Origin: Chiloscyllium plagiosum
Lineage: Eukaryota
NCBI RefSeq assembly: GCF_004010195.1
Contig: NC_057718.1
Span: forward strand, 20,728,223 to 20,788,288
DNA: 60,066 nt
Direction of reading: 5' to 3'
Shown here: positions 27,151 to 40,144 of the stretch, piece by piece
Position numbering within the stretch: position 1 is the first letter of the stretch
Layout of the letters: every line of letters starts with the position of its first letter
Translations under genes and position numbers: made by a program
The notes under the pieces: generated by a model
What the model was told of the DNA's origin: nothing
Seen by the model: only the letters and a program-made list of their open reading frames with translations
The model's database searches: none

Positions 27151-27476
27151 GATTTGGTTATTAGTCCTTTGCCATTAGAAACAGTTTATTTTCATTGACA
27201 TGATCAAAAGCTTTGATTATTTGTACACCTCTAATTAAACTTCCTCAACTTCCTCTGCTTCTTCAGTCTCATCAGATAACATAAGACCATCATTCTGAAC
27301 CTGTTCCATGAAATCTATTATGGACCCATTCCAAGAACTTCCCACTCTTCTTAAAGTGTACTGCACTGAAGATGGACAATTCTCCAGCTAAGGGCATTCC
27401 AGGGATTTTACAAACAAAAACAGAAATTGCTGGAAAATCTCAGTAGGTCTGGCAGCATCTGTGGACAGAAAGCAGA

Positions 27477-27745
27477 GTCAGAGTAATACAGCACGGAAAC
27501 AAGCCCTTTGGTACAACTTGTCCATACCAACCAAATATCCAAAACAGATCTAGTCCTATTTGCCAGTATTTGGCTCATATACCTCTAAATTCTTCCGATT
27601 CACATATCCATTGAGATGTCTTTTAAATGCTGTGATTGTACCAACCTCCACCACCTCCTTAAGCATGTCACTCCATACACTCAGGACCCTTTTAAATCTT
27701 TCCCACCTCACTTTAAACCTATGTCCTGTAGTTTTTGACTCAATT
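27477..27745 (-). mobile_element. CR1 3' fragment inserted among PLE pLTR remnants (~27415-27800)
   Basis: gagtcagagtaatacagcacggaaacaagccc is the reverse complement of the CR1 tail. The preceding aaacagaaattgctggaaaatctcagtaggtctggcagcatctg is PLE-derived. Confidence 0.72.
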
Positions 27746-28114
27746 CAGATCCAATGGCCCATCTGACTTCCTGCATCTGCAGTTATTTTGGTTTTTTGAT
27801 TATTCTTTTTATAAAGCTTTAGAATGCCTTTCTTGCTTTTGTATTCAAACCTACAATCCTGTCGACATTCTTTCTCATCTTGTTCTGCCACATTCAAAAA
27901 AATGCATAGATTACCTCTCAGACATCCCTATTCTTGCGCTCTCTTTCATATCATCCAACTGGATTCATATCTCCTCCTTTCATTCTTCCTACCAAATTGC
28001 ATCACTTCACATTTATTGCAGTTAAACTTCTGGCAATTTATTTAATCAATGTCTTCCTGGTCTGTTATTACTTGTTTCGTTCACTACATTTCTGAGTTTG
28101 CACCATCATCAAAC

Positions 28115-29735
28115 TATCCCAGGTTACTGAGGGAAGCAAGAAGAATTAGTTGGAGCCTTAACAGATATCTTTGCAGCAGCCTTGAACACAGGTGAGGTCC
28201 CAGGGGACTGGAGAATTGCTAATGTTGTCCTGTTGTTTAAGAAGGGTAGCAGGGATAATCCAGATAATTATAGACCGGTGAGCCTGACATCAGTGGTAGG
28301 GAAGCTGCTGGAGAAGATATTGAGGGATAGGATCTATTCTGATTTGAAAGAAAATGGGTTTATCAGTGCTAGGCAACATGGGAAGGTAATGTATTCCAAC
28401 TTTGTAGAATTATTTGAGGAAGTGACAAAGTTGATTGATGAGGGAAGGGCTGTGGATGTCATATTCATGGACTTCAGTAAGGCATTTGATGACGTTCCCC
28501 TTGGTAGGCTAATGGAGAAGTTGAAGTTGCATGGGGTCGAGGCTGTACTAGCTAGATGGATTTAAAAAATTGGCTGGGCAACAGAAGACAGAGAGTAGTA
28601 GTGGAAGCGAATTTCTCAAAATGGAGACCTGTGACTAGTGGTGCTCCACAGGGATCTATGCTGGGACCACTGTTGTTTGTGATATACATAAATGATTTGG
28701 AGGATGGTATAGGTAGTCTGATTAGCAAATGTGCGCATTACACTAAGGTTGGAGGAGTAGCAGATAGTGAAAGGGACTGTTAGTGAATGCAGAATATAGA
28801 TTGGAGAATTGGGCAGAGAAATGGCAGATGGAGTTCAATCAGGGCAAATGCAGGGTGATGCATATTGAAAGATTCAATTCAAGAGCGAACTATACAGTAA
28901 ATGGAAAAGTCCTGGGGAAATTAATGTACAGAGAGATCTGGGTGTTTAGGTCCATTGTTCCTTGAAGGTGGCAATGCAGGTCAATAGAGTGGTCCTTTCA
29001 TCGCATGGGGTATCAGGTATTAGATTAGATTACTTACAGTGTGGAAACAGGCCCTTCGGCCCAACAAGTCCACACTGCCCCGCCGAAGCGCAACCCACCC
29101 ATACCCCTACCTTTACCCCTTACCTAACACTACGGGCAATTTAGCATGGCCAATATAAGAGTTGGCAAGTCATATTACACGTGTACAAGACTTTGATTTG
29201 GCCACATTTGGAATACTGCGTACAGTTCTGTTTGCCACATTACCAAAAGGATATGGATGCTTTTGCGACATTGCAGGAGGTTCACTAGGATGTTGCCTGG
29301 TATGGAGGGCGTGAGGTATGAGGAGAGGTAGAATAGATTAGGATTATTTTCATTGGAAAGATGGAGGTTGTGGGGGGAACCTGACTGGGATCTACAAAAT
29401 CATGAGAAGTATAGATAGGGTGGAAAGCAAGAAGCTTTTTCCCCAGAGTGAGGAACTCAATTACTTGGGGTCATGGGTTCAAAGTGAGAAGGGAAAAGTT
29501 TAGGGGAGATATGCGTGGAAAGTTCTTTATGCAGAGGGTTGTGTGTGTCTGGAATGTGTTGCCAGCGGAGGTGGTAGAGTTGGGCACGATAGCGTCATTG
29601 AAGATGTATCTAGACAGATACATGCACGGACAGGGAGCAAAGGAATATAGACTCTTAGAAAATAGGTGACAGGTTTAGATAGAGGAGCTGGATCGGCGCA
29701 GGCTTGGAGGGCCGAAAGGCTTGTTTCTGTGCTGT
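28115..29735 (+). mobile_element. CR1 LINE of a different subfamily, 5'-truncated
   Basis: [46 protein letters not shown] and PQGSMLGPLLFVIYINDL. Distinct 3' UTR (atcggcgcaggcttggagggccgaaaggc). Confidence 0.92.
29021..29154 (-). mobile_element. HE1 SINE, 5'-truncated (3' ~135 bp)
   Basis: Near-identical to the 3' part of 38221-38559 and stops at gcatggccaat. Confidence 0.9.
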
Positions 29736-31843
29736 AATTTTTATTGTTGTTTGAGATTATTCCAATTGTATATTGTACCCAAGTCCAGGTCATCAATACA
29801 CAACCAAAGCAGCTGCGGTCCTTATGGTGACATGCATGGAATACCACTACATACTTCCTGCCAATCTGGAAAGAAAACTGCCATGACTTTATACTTTGTC
29901 ACTCAGCCAATTTTGCACCCATGCTGCTGCTATTCCCTTGATCCCATGAGCTTTAATTTTGCTAACAAGGCTATTAAGTGATACATTAGCAAACATCTTT
30001 GGAAAGTCTCTAAAAAACAAAGACATAATTCACTTCATCTCTCCTGTCTTTCACTTCACCGTAAAGAACTTAAACCATGTTTGATTAATTAGTTTATCTT
30101 TAATAAATCAGAGCTGAATTTCATTTATTAGCCCATATATTCCAAATAGCAATTAATTTCCTCTCAGCTAAAAACGCCAACCATCATTGATGTTAGGCTG
30201 ATTTGTCTCGCTTTAAAAAAAATGGGAGTGTAACATTTACAGTTGTCTCCATGTCCAAGAGGGAATGTGGGCAGAGCATTGCAATGTTGACTTTTATTTC
30301 CCTCAGTAACCTAGGAAGCAGGTCATCTAAACGAGGTGACATCTTAATGACTGCAATAAAAAAAAATTTAGTATCACCTTTTTATTTATTTTATCCAATC
30401 TGATAAATCTGCTGCCTTCTGCTTTACTGACTTGCTCACAGCATCCTATCTGAGTGAGGGCAATGCAATTATTTAGTTCTTGAGCCATGCCATCTGCCTC
30501 TGTAAGAATTCCTTTTATAGTCCCTGGCCAGCTCTACTTTTAATATAAGAATCTTTTAAATGCCAACATTTTTAAAATACAGTCATTCTCAGAATTTCAA
30601 TCTACACAACAGAGTTCAATGTTCAATCTTCCCTCACCATGAAATTTTATATTTTTCTTTTCCATTCTTCCCTCCACCCCGGCAATTTAAATTCTGTTTC
30701 TATGTACATTTTCACTCATTGAAAAAAAACTGTGAGCAACAGATTTTTCTGAAATCAGTCTTGATACACTATAATCAGTTAACAGACGTGCACTTCTGTA
30801 AAACAGAGATTATCTGACTGTGCTACAATGCTCCTGAGCCACAGTAATCTACTGTGATAGAGTACTCACAATATTTTTCATTTTTATGTACTGCACAACA
30901 TGTTATTGCACTTTGTTTTATAACCCAGTGGGACAAATTTCCAGGATATGGCATATACATGTGTACAAAACAGACAATCTGCAAACTTATGATGCACAAA
31001 CAACAAACAAACTCTGAATGCAGGTGATGCAAATAGTACAAAAAAGCATACAAGCAAGGATCACCAGTACAGAGAGGAAGTTATTCTATTTGCACAGTTA
31101 GTTTCATGAATAAATCATTGTTCTAAAATCAAAAAATGAAGTAAATTCAGTAAAGGTATAAAAGAGATAAGCAAAAATGATAAAAAAGGAAGCATAATGA
31201 GAAGTTGAGATGACAACATTCACTCAGTTGCTACATTTAAAACAAAATAAGAATGGAATGGAGACATTTGTAGTATGGATTGCATGAATACTAGAAGCAC
31301 TTCAATTTTATGACTACTTTGAACACAGTAACACACAAGCATACTGAAAAGCAAACATTAAAAGGCAATTGATTTTTAGCTAATGGACTGGGCTTTGCAT
31401 TATACACTCAGAAGATTTTCCACTGGAACTGGTGTATGTGAATGTGGAAAACAACATGGTATTTTCTATGGGACCAATTCTGACAGGGGACTTCGCACTG
31501 CTCATGTGTTGACAAGTAAAGAGATACTGTGTTTGCACCATCTGCACTCATGGAATGCTTGATGTGAGGGTTGCCCATCAGGCCTGACTGTCAGAAATCA
31601 GAAATCGACGACAGGGACCATGGGCATCTAAAGATCCCTATCAGAATTCTGCAACACACAGGTTAACTAATTACATTATTCAAAATTTATTCAATCTCCT
31701 AGGAATTATCACAGAACTGTTCACCCATATGTGAAAGGTGTTGGTAATACGTTTGGGTTTTTATGGCATCCCTATCATGCCAGAGTCACATACCAATTTG
31801 AGATAGGGGCTGGACTGCTAAGTTATCAGGCCCTAATGAATTT

Positions 31844-32996
31844 TCACAGAGTCATAGAGATGTGCAGCATGGAAACAGATCCTTCGGTCCAACTAGTCCA
31901 TGCTGACCAGGTATCCTAACCTAATCTAATCCCATTTGCCAGCACTTGGCCTATATCCCTCTAAACCCTTCCTATTCATTTACCCATCCAGATGCCTCTT
32001 AAATGCTGCAATTGTACCATCCTCCACCACTTCTGGCAGTTCATCCTTTACATGCACAACCCTCTGTGTGAAAAAGTTGCCCCTTACGTCCCTTTTATAT
32101 CTTTCCCCTCTCACCCTAAACCTATGACTCCTGAAGAAGGGCTTATGCCCAAAACGTCAATTCTCCTGCTCCTTGAATGCTGCCTGACCTGCTGCACTTT
32201 TCCAGCAACACATTTTTCAGTCCTAAATCTATACTCTCTAGTTTTGGACTCCCCGACCTCAGGGAAAAGACTTTGTCTATTTATCCTATCCATGCTCCTC
32301 ATGATTTTATAAACCTCTATAAGGTCACCCCTCAACCTTCGACGCTCCAGGGAAAACAGCCCCAGCCTATTCAGTCTCTCCCTATAGCTCAAATCCTCCA
32401 ACCATGACAACATCCTTGTAAATCTTTTCTGAACCCTTTCAAGTCTCACAACATCTTTCTAATAGGAAGGAAACCAGAATTTTATGCAATATTCCAAAAG
32501 TGGCTTAACCAACATCCTGTACAGCCACAACATGACCTCCCAACTCCTGTACTCAAAACTCTGACCAATAAAGGAAAGCATACCAAATGCCTTCTTCACT
32601 ATGCTATCTACCTTCAATTCAGCTTTCGAGAAACTATGAACCTGCACTCCAAGGTCTCCTTGTTCAGCAAAACACCCTAGGACCTAACCATTAAATGTAT
32701 AAGTCCTGCTAAGATTTGCTTTTCCGAAATGCAACACCTCACATTTATCTAAATTAAACTACATCTACTACTCGTCAGCCCTTTGGCCCATTTAAATCAA
32801 GATCTTGTTGTACTCTGAGGTAACCTTCTTTGCTGTCCACGACACCTCCAATTTTGGTGTCATCTGTAAGCTTACTAACTATATCTCCTATGTTCATATC
32901 CAAACCATTTATGTAAATGACAAAAAGTAGTGGACCCAGTACCGATCCTTGTGGCACTCCACTGGTCATAGGCCTCCAATTTAAATAGCAGACCAC
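31844..32996 (-). mobile_element. CR1/HER1 LINE 3' 1.1 kb
   Basis: Minus-strand ORF remnants [28 protein letters not shown] and LERVQKRFTRM...RRLRGDLIEVYKIM. Tail repeat gagtcataga at ~31849. Confidence 0.93.
32126..32221 (+). mobile_element. ~96-bp PLE pLTR mini-insertion with hammerhead motif (GAAA mutated to AAAA)
   Basis: Flanked by cctaaacctat (32115-32125) and cctaaatctat (32222-32232). Starts ~5 nt before ctgaagaagggcttatgccc. Confidence 0.85.
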
Positions 32997-33159
32997 TTAA
33001 AATGTTTTGTTGAACAGCAGAACACAAAATATTTTCCAAAAATTCTTTGAAATTATATGAAAGGAATTGAGTTAAAAAATACAATTAGCTAAAAGACACT
33101 TAGCTCATGAGTAACAGAATATTTCTTAGAACCATAAAGAAAGCCAACATATGTTGGCT

Positions 33160-33300
33160 GATAGGACTGACCGTCTTTGTAGACTGAAACGTCAGTGCAA
33201 TACTGCTTACCTTGTCTGATGAACGTAAAAGATCTGATGGCCCTATTTGAAAAGTGGTGGAGTTCTCCTAGTTCCTAGATAATATTTATGCCTCAATTGG
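33160..33300 (+). mobile_element. Decayed Deu-domain SINE fragment
   Basis: ccgtctttgtagactgaaacgt...gaacgtaaaagatctgatggccctatttgaa...ggagttctcctagttcctagataatatttatgcctca resembles the Deu domain. Confidence 0.5.
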
Positions 33301-36300
33301 AAGCACTCAGTGTACTTGACCAGTAACTACAAAGCTGGGTTCTACATTTGTCGATACTTTAACAATACAAATTCCCATCATGCTGAATCCAAGGAAGGGC
33401 CTGAATTACAAATTCAAATCTTGCAAAGGGATTTGAACACAACTTTCTGGTTTACAGGAAAGCTTACCTTCAATTGAGCAAAACTAACAGGTAGTCAAAA
33501 CAAGTGCTGGTAGCCAAAACATGGTACAGTTTCATGGATACGACAATTGTGTTTCTACAAACAGGATAGCCAGCAGGCACAGAGGGCTTTTTGACTATAT
33601 TTGGCGTCTGACATTAAAACAAGTGTAACCATGTAGGAGACAGAAATCAATATCATTCCTCTTAGCATAAGTGATGTTGCTGCAATGGTTGCAATTTACA
33701 TATGGCAGAAGCTGCAATTTTAATTTGAAAATTACAATTACCCATCACCATGTCTCCTAGTCCTTTCCAGTTACAATCAGATAAAATTGGAGGGGACATA
33801 GAAACAATAACCAGCAGAAATGCTGGTTTCTTAATACATGTAGTGTCAGAGCTGAGAAATGACCCATTCTATATCCAACACCACAAATACACTAAGCAGT
33901 TTAAGAGAATCCAAAGATCAAGCAAAGTTAAAATTGTGAATCTCAAAGATTTCAATATTATAAGTGGAAATGAAAAAGGCAAGAGCATGAAAACTTAAAA
34001 CATCATGTTTCAAGAAACAGCAATACAAAACTCACGAAGCAGTGTATAAAAAGAGATATTTACATGTGGCAAAGTGCAGAGGGATTTCAGTGGAAACTGT
34101 GTGCGTTACAAATATAACAAATGAATAGATCCAAAATCTATTTCCACACCTGCTACTTTATATTTTCTATTGTCTTTGTGTGGCATGTTCGCACTTGATG
34201 TGGCCAGAGACTAAAACTCTGTGTTGCTGATTGTGTCTCTTGGGCCTAATTGTTTGCAACAAGTAATTAAACATTTTGCTTGGTTGAAATATGTTCCAAT
34301 ATCCAAACATAACCATTTGTTTATAGCCTATTCAATATCAAATGTGTTATATATATCAAATAAAAACATGATTCCTGTAATGTACTTTTAGAAGCAATTA
34401 AAATGCAATTCAGCTTTTATATCTGTTAAATTTGCTACAAATGAAAATCTCAGAATGATGTGTATCCATGTCTGTGAATACAGACAGACAATATGTTTTG
34501 TGATAAAGTCTGTTTGTTTAGAAACATTTCCCAGGTGAATTTATCTCAAATGTTACAAGATCTATTTTTATACAGAGATGTGAGCTGTAGAGCTCAATGC
34601 ATGTCTATGAGGAGAAGCGGCAACTTAATGGTTTATTGATACCAAGCTTGAGCATAAACAAATGCAATGGAATTACATGGGAAAATACACAAAGGGAGAA
34701 AAAAAAAATCATTGGCAGAGATTTGAAATTAACTTTGCTATAAAGGCAACTAGAATTTTGAAGCATTTCCCAATGGTTTATTATTTGATATTGAAATGTT
34801 GGAATCTAATAGTTGGACAATACATTCTGTTCCAAGGCATATATAATACAATTACCAACAATTCCATATAACTTAGCTCCATGTAGAAGAACTTACGGTT
34901 CTCTGGATTACAGATTCTACTTCATTGGAAGCACTAATTGCTACTTGCGTGATAAACCTTGTGTTTGTTTTCTTAGATTTATCTTTACTGTCTGGTTTAT
35001 CTTGAAGTAAACCTCAGACCACGTTAAGTGTGGACATGCTGCAGGCTCAAAGTAGAAAATTTAAAATAGATTAGGAATCTTCCAGATCTTTGTTACATGT
35101 CACAGTCAACCTTTTGTAAGTTAAAGATACAAACTTAAAATTTCATCAGTCTTTTTGCAGAGTTCAACTCTCTGTTCTACAGATCATCTTTAATAGTTGA
35201 CAAATAAGCTAAATATATAGAAATTGTTCTTTTATTTGAAATCAGGGCTTGTTTTCAGTTAGTGCTCTCCATTGACTGGAAAACTGGATTTTTAAATTAC
35301 TGAAAGAAATCTTAAAACAATTCCACCCACTTGGAAAATGAGAGCTGAACATCCAAGGGAAAAAAGAAAGAAAAATAAAAATGTTGAAGCTTTTTTTTTA
35401 GAAGAATAGATTAAATTAACAGGCCTAAGTAAAATAAAATGAATACAATAGGAAAGAATGCAAGAAAAAGAAACACTAAGTGAAATATATATTCATTTTA
35501 AGTTCTGATTTTTTCTGTTAATTTGCTAAGTGTTTTCACCAACAGCTTCATTATATTGAGGAAACACACTGTAACACAGGACAATATACTTTAGATTATT
35601 TCAATATATACCATAACAACAGAATAGACCCATAGAGTAGTTGCAACACAGGAGATGGTCCTTTGGTCTGTTGAGTCCAAGCTATTTCTCCGCAAGTGCA
35701 AATCACCTAGTCCTCCATGACCCTGCAGACACCTTCTCTTCAAATATTTATCCAAATGTCTTTTGAAAGGCATTAATATACCAAATTCCACCATACTCTC
35801 AGGCAGTACCTTGCAGATCATAGAATCATATAGCACAGAATAGGCCTATCAGCAGATTATGTCTGCATTGAAAAAAAAACTATTCTAAATCTACGCTACA
35901 CTGCCACCTCTGTGCACTTTATCTGTAGCCTCGAATGTTATGGCATTTAAAGTGCTCATTTTAGTACCATTTAAAAGTTGAGGTTTTTCACCTCAATCAC
36001 CCTTCCAGGCCACACATTCCAGCTCCTAATCATCTGCTATGGAAAAAAACCTTTCATTGTGTTGCTGCTAGTACTTTTGTCAATATTCCATGATTCTCAA
36101 CCATAACACTGGGAAAAGCAATGATCTGTTGTGATCATTCACAGGTTGATGAGACATTATCAAATTTCCTTGTAATCTTACTTAAGGACAGCCCCAGCAT
36201 CTCTAATCCATTGTCCTTGGATCCATTTGTGCAATCCTTTCTGCCCTTCACATCCTTCTGTGTGACGCCCAAACTTAGACACACCGTACAGTTGAAGCCA

Positions 36301-36344
36301 ACAATGGGGTCCAAATCTGTATGCTTGTTAATGGAGTTGCAGCT

Positions 36345-36592
36345 TGAATTCCAATAACAAACATATAGATTTGGACCCCATTTACCAACCTTAGAATCAG
36401 AATCGGAAATGATATCACCCACCACAACAATCCAAGACACACAAATAGCAAGTGGGACCAACACTTCACCGGGGGTTCTTGATGACATTATCTAGCATGG
36501 TGATGAAACATTTGAGAAAGAAACCACTAGCTCAGCGAGCAAACCGACAACCTGATCTAAAATCTGAGCTACAAATCTTCTCCAAAATCTCA
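36345..36592 (+). mobile_element. Penelope-like element (same family as 52898-53286), 3' remnant
   Basis: aacaaacatatagatttggaccccattt ... ttgatgacattatctagcatggtgatgaaacatttga (degenerate hammerhead) ... gagctacaaatcttctc. Confidence 0.68.
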
Positions 36593-37113
36593 AACATCGG
36601 CAAATATTGAAGTTATATCCTGCTCACCAAAATTTAGGTCATTAGTACAGATCAAGAAAAACAGTCATCCTAATATTGAACTCAAGGTAACCCTGCTAAA
36701 TATAGACCAAAACAAAATTATCATTACTCTCTGTTAACTGTCAATGAACTAACCTTATACCCAGGTGGTCACTGCCCATTTTATTTCATGGGTTTTGATT
36801 TTTCTGACAAGTCCTTAATGTGGCACTTCATAAAATGCCTCTTCAAAGTCAATGTGTGCAACAATCACACTACCTCATCAATTTGGTGTTAATTGATCAA
36901 AAACGGAAGCTTATCCTTAATAAATCCATGCTGGCTTTCCCCAATTTGATCTATATTTTCTCAAATGACGTTAACTTAATCCTGCAAAACAAACTGGCTT
37001 GACATTGCTGGACTTATATCTTTATACTTCTTGTTGAACATGATCATAACACCTGCAATCCTCCAGTCCTCTGACACCACCCTGAGACTAAAGATTGGCA
37101 AATTATGGTCAGT

Positions 37114-37204
37114 TTCTGGATCAGTGGTGCTGGAAGAGCACAGCAATTCAGGCAGCATCCGACGAGCAGCAAAATCGACGTTTCGGGCAAAAGCCCTTCA
37201 TCAG
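37114..37204 (-). mobile_element. 91-bp PLE pLTR mini-insertion with perfect 13-bp TSD
   Basis: TSD aattatggtcagt at 37101-37113 and 37205-37217. The element begins exactly at CTGATGA on the minus strand. Confidence 0.9.
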
Positions 37205-37208
37205 AATT
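37173..37208 (-). ncRNA. Minimal type I hammerhead ribozyme motif, intact core
   Basis: aauu-CUGAUGA-A-GGGC-uuuu-GCCC-GAAAC-GUC-gauu. All core residues present, 4-bp stem II, palindromic ACGU stem III, 4-bp stem I including one G-U. Activity not demonstrated. Confidence 0.72.
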
Positions 37209-37629
37209 ATGGTCAGTGCCTCTCTAAGTTCCATTCTCTCATCCTTCTGTACCTGCTGCTGCACTGGATTCAGTTCTGGTGACTTAAGTACAGCCAACTT
37301 TTCTAAATCACAAATTTCTATCAACTAATTTCTATCATCCAGAGTCTCAACTATCTCTTTCTTCAGACTTGGGTAGCATCTATTTTTATGACAAATATGT
37401 AAAATACTCACTTAATATGTGTTACTCCCTCTGCCCAAATTTTATGTTTGGTACCTAATCAGTTCCAGTGCTCCTTTAATCACCATTTTATGACCTTTAC
37501 ATTTAGGTTAGCTTCCAGTCCCTTCTCATAGTCTCTGCTTTTATTTTAACTTCCCCACTGAGTTTGGTATATTCAACATCGTTCTCACTTGCATAATCAA
37601 CCTGCATCTGCCATATACACCCTTTTATG

Positions 37630-39620
37630 GTAAATAAGACCACGATATGTAGACCATTTGATCCATTGAGTCTGCTTTGTTATTCATGGAGATCATGGCT
37701 GACCCGATGATCCTCAGCCCAACTTTTCTGGCTTTTCACCATTACCCTTTCACTGATTAAAAAATAACTGTCGACCTCAGTCTTGAAGACACTTAATGGT
37801 TTAGCCTCTACAGATTCTGCAGTAACAAATCCTAAAAATTCATACTCCGAGAATAAATAATTTATCATCTCTATTTAAAATGGGTGAGCCCTTGAGTAGC
37901 CCAACCTACTCAACATCACCTTGTAAATAAATCTCACCTTACTCAGAATCAACCTCTCTCTTTTTTTCCAGATAAGGGGCCAAAAATGGGTACATTGGGC
38001 TGGTCTGACTCGTGCCTTGTACTGTTTTAGCAAGACCTCTCTATTTACAAACCCCAAATCTTGAATTAAAAGGATAACTGTCCGCTTGGCTTCCCTATTA
38101 AAACCTGAAATTGAATGCCAGATTTATGTGATTTGTACACGTTGACACCCAAATCTCTCTTGTATCTTTGCTGCCACACTGTTAACTTCACATTTTTCTG
38201 CATTATATTCCATTTTATTTATTTAGATTTAGATTTAGATAGATTAGATAGATAGATTACTTACAGTGTGGAAACAGGCCCTTCGGCCCAACAAGTCCAC
38301 ACCGCCCCGCCGAAGCGCAACCCACCCATACCCCTGCATTTACCCCTTACCTAACACTACGGGCAATTTAGCATGGCCAATTCACCTGACTTGCACATCT
38401 TTGTGATTGTGGGAGGAAACCGGAGCACCCGGAGGAAACCCACGCAGACACGGGGAGAATGTGCAAACTCCACACAGTCAGTCGCCTGAGGCGGGAATTG
38501 AACCCGGGTCTCTGGCGCTGTGAGGCAGCAGTGCTAACCACTGTGCCACCGTGCCGCCCACTAATATTTTCTGTTTTACCCCCTCATTCAATTTGTCTAC
38601 CTTCCTCTGCAGACTTTGAGCTATCTTTAAGACTTTTGCGTTATCTGCAAACTCAACGATAGCACATTCATTTCCATCAACCAAGCCATTAACATATATT
38701 GTAAATTATTATGGATTCTGCACAGCTCCCTGTGGTACTTCACTTGCTAAAGGTTCCCAGCCTGAAAATGACTGCCTTATCTCAACTCCGTCTTCTTTAA
38801 CTTAGCCAATTCTCTATACATGCTAATATACTAACTAAGTACCATAGACTCTTATGGTATTAAGTAACCTTACATGTGATACCTTATCCAAAGCCTTTTG
38901 GAAATTCAAATATATTACATTTACTGGGTCTCCTTTATCTGTCTTGTTTGTTTGGTCCTCAAAAGAATAATAATGAAATTGTTCGGCTTGATTTCCCTCC
39001 ATGAAGCCATGTTGACTCTACTCAATTATGTTATGTCAAATGTGAAGTTGATTGACCTATAGTTACCACCTTCATTTATGAATAAGGATGCTATACTGGC
39101 AGTTTTCCAATCTTCTGATATTTTTACAGAATTGAAGAATTCTTGAAAGATTACTATCAATACATCCACTCTTTCAATAACTATTGCCTTTTAAATTCTC
39201 AGATGCATTCATCTGGTCTAGGGGACCTACTGGCCCTGAACCACATTAACTTCCCTAATACTTTTTCTCCAGTGATAATTATTGCATTTACTGACTCCCT
39301 CTCTTTAGCCTTGTGATTATTTCGTATTTTTGGAACGTTATGAGTGTCCTCTTTTGTTACACAGGGAGTTCAGCCTTTGTTCTATGTGCCCTCTGTGGAA
39401 ATACCCCCTGACTGTACAAGAATATCACCCTTTATACTATGTTCTGTTTAGCCTGCCAATATTTGATTCCAACTTATGTGGACCAAATCCCATCTCAGCC
39501 CATTGAAACTGGCCTTCCTTTAATTAGTTCATTACATCTCTGATGTTCTTTGTCTTTTTCCATGGCTAACCTAAATCTTATGGTGCTATGATCACTGCCC
39601 ACAAACTGTTCCCAAATAGT
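37630..39620 (-). mobile_element. Old fragmented CR1 LINE, interrupted by HE1
   Basis: Minus-strand remnants EQFVGSDHSTIRF, EFQKALDKVSH, EFADNAK and SVFKTEVD. Confidence 0.7.
38221..38559 (-). mobile_element. Full-length young HE1 SINE (tRNA-derived, V-domain type)
   Basis: 5' gggcggcacggtggcacagtggttagc. Pol III A-box at 38538-38548 and B-box ggttcaattccc at 38493-38504. CR1-like 3' end gggccgaagggcctgtttcc followed by a (TCTAA/TCTA/TCTAAA)n tail. Confidence 0.94.
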
Positions 39621-40075
39621 AGAGGTTTTCAAAATCATGAAAAGATTGGACAGATAGGGAAAAATTTTCACTGGTGTAAGTATCAAATGCAAAAGAGTTG
39701 ATAATTTAAGGTTATTGGGTAAAGAAGTATTAGCAACATGACGATGTTTTTCATGCAATAAGTTGTTAGAATCCTAAATGCACTGCCTGAGTGTGTGGTG
39801 AGGAATGCTCAATCAAGCAATTCAAGAGGAAATTAGATCATCATCTGAAAAAGAACACGCAGAGCCATGGGGAGAAGATGGGTGAATGGCACTGCATGAA
39901 TATCTTCTTTGGGGAACCAGCACCGAGATAACAGCATGATTCTGTGACACTTGTTCCACTTGACTTACCCATTCCCAAGAACCAGATCCAATTTAAAAAC
40001 TAAGATTTAATACATTAAAGCGACAAATCTTGATAGTACAGAACTAAATTCATATTTGAGCTATAAAGAACATAC

Positions 40076-40144
40076 CAGAGTTCCAAAACCAAGGGTCCAA
40101 AAGTGCTCATTCCTCACTTCGAGAACGCCATCTAGAGTGGAGAC
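40076..40144 (-). CDS. SLC30A6: SLC30A6 penultimate exon (69 bp)
   Basis: ttttag|VSTLDGVLEVRNEHFWTLGFGTL|gtatg, phase 0/0. Joins in frame to the terminal exon. Confidence 0.96.

Noticed and set aside
38490..38559. tRNA-like A/B-box sequence
   Set aside because: SINE head continuous with the HE1 body; not a stand-alone tRNA gene.
39964..39970. Consensus-like donor GG|GTAAGT ~107 nt downstream of the real donor at 40075
   Set aside because: The protein match ends exactly at 40076, and use of this site would break the frame. No transcript evidence is available.
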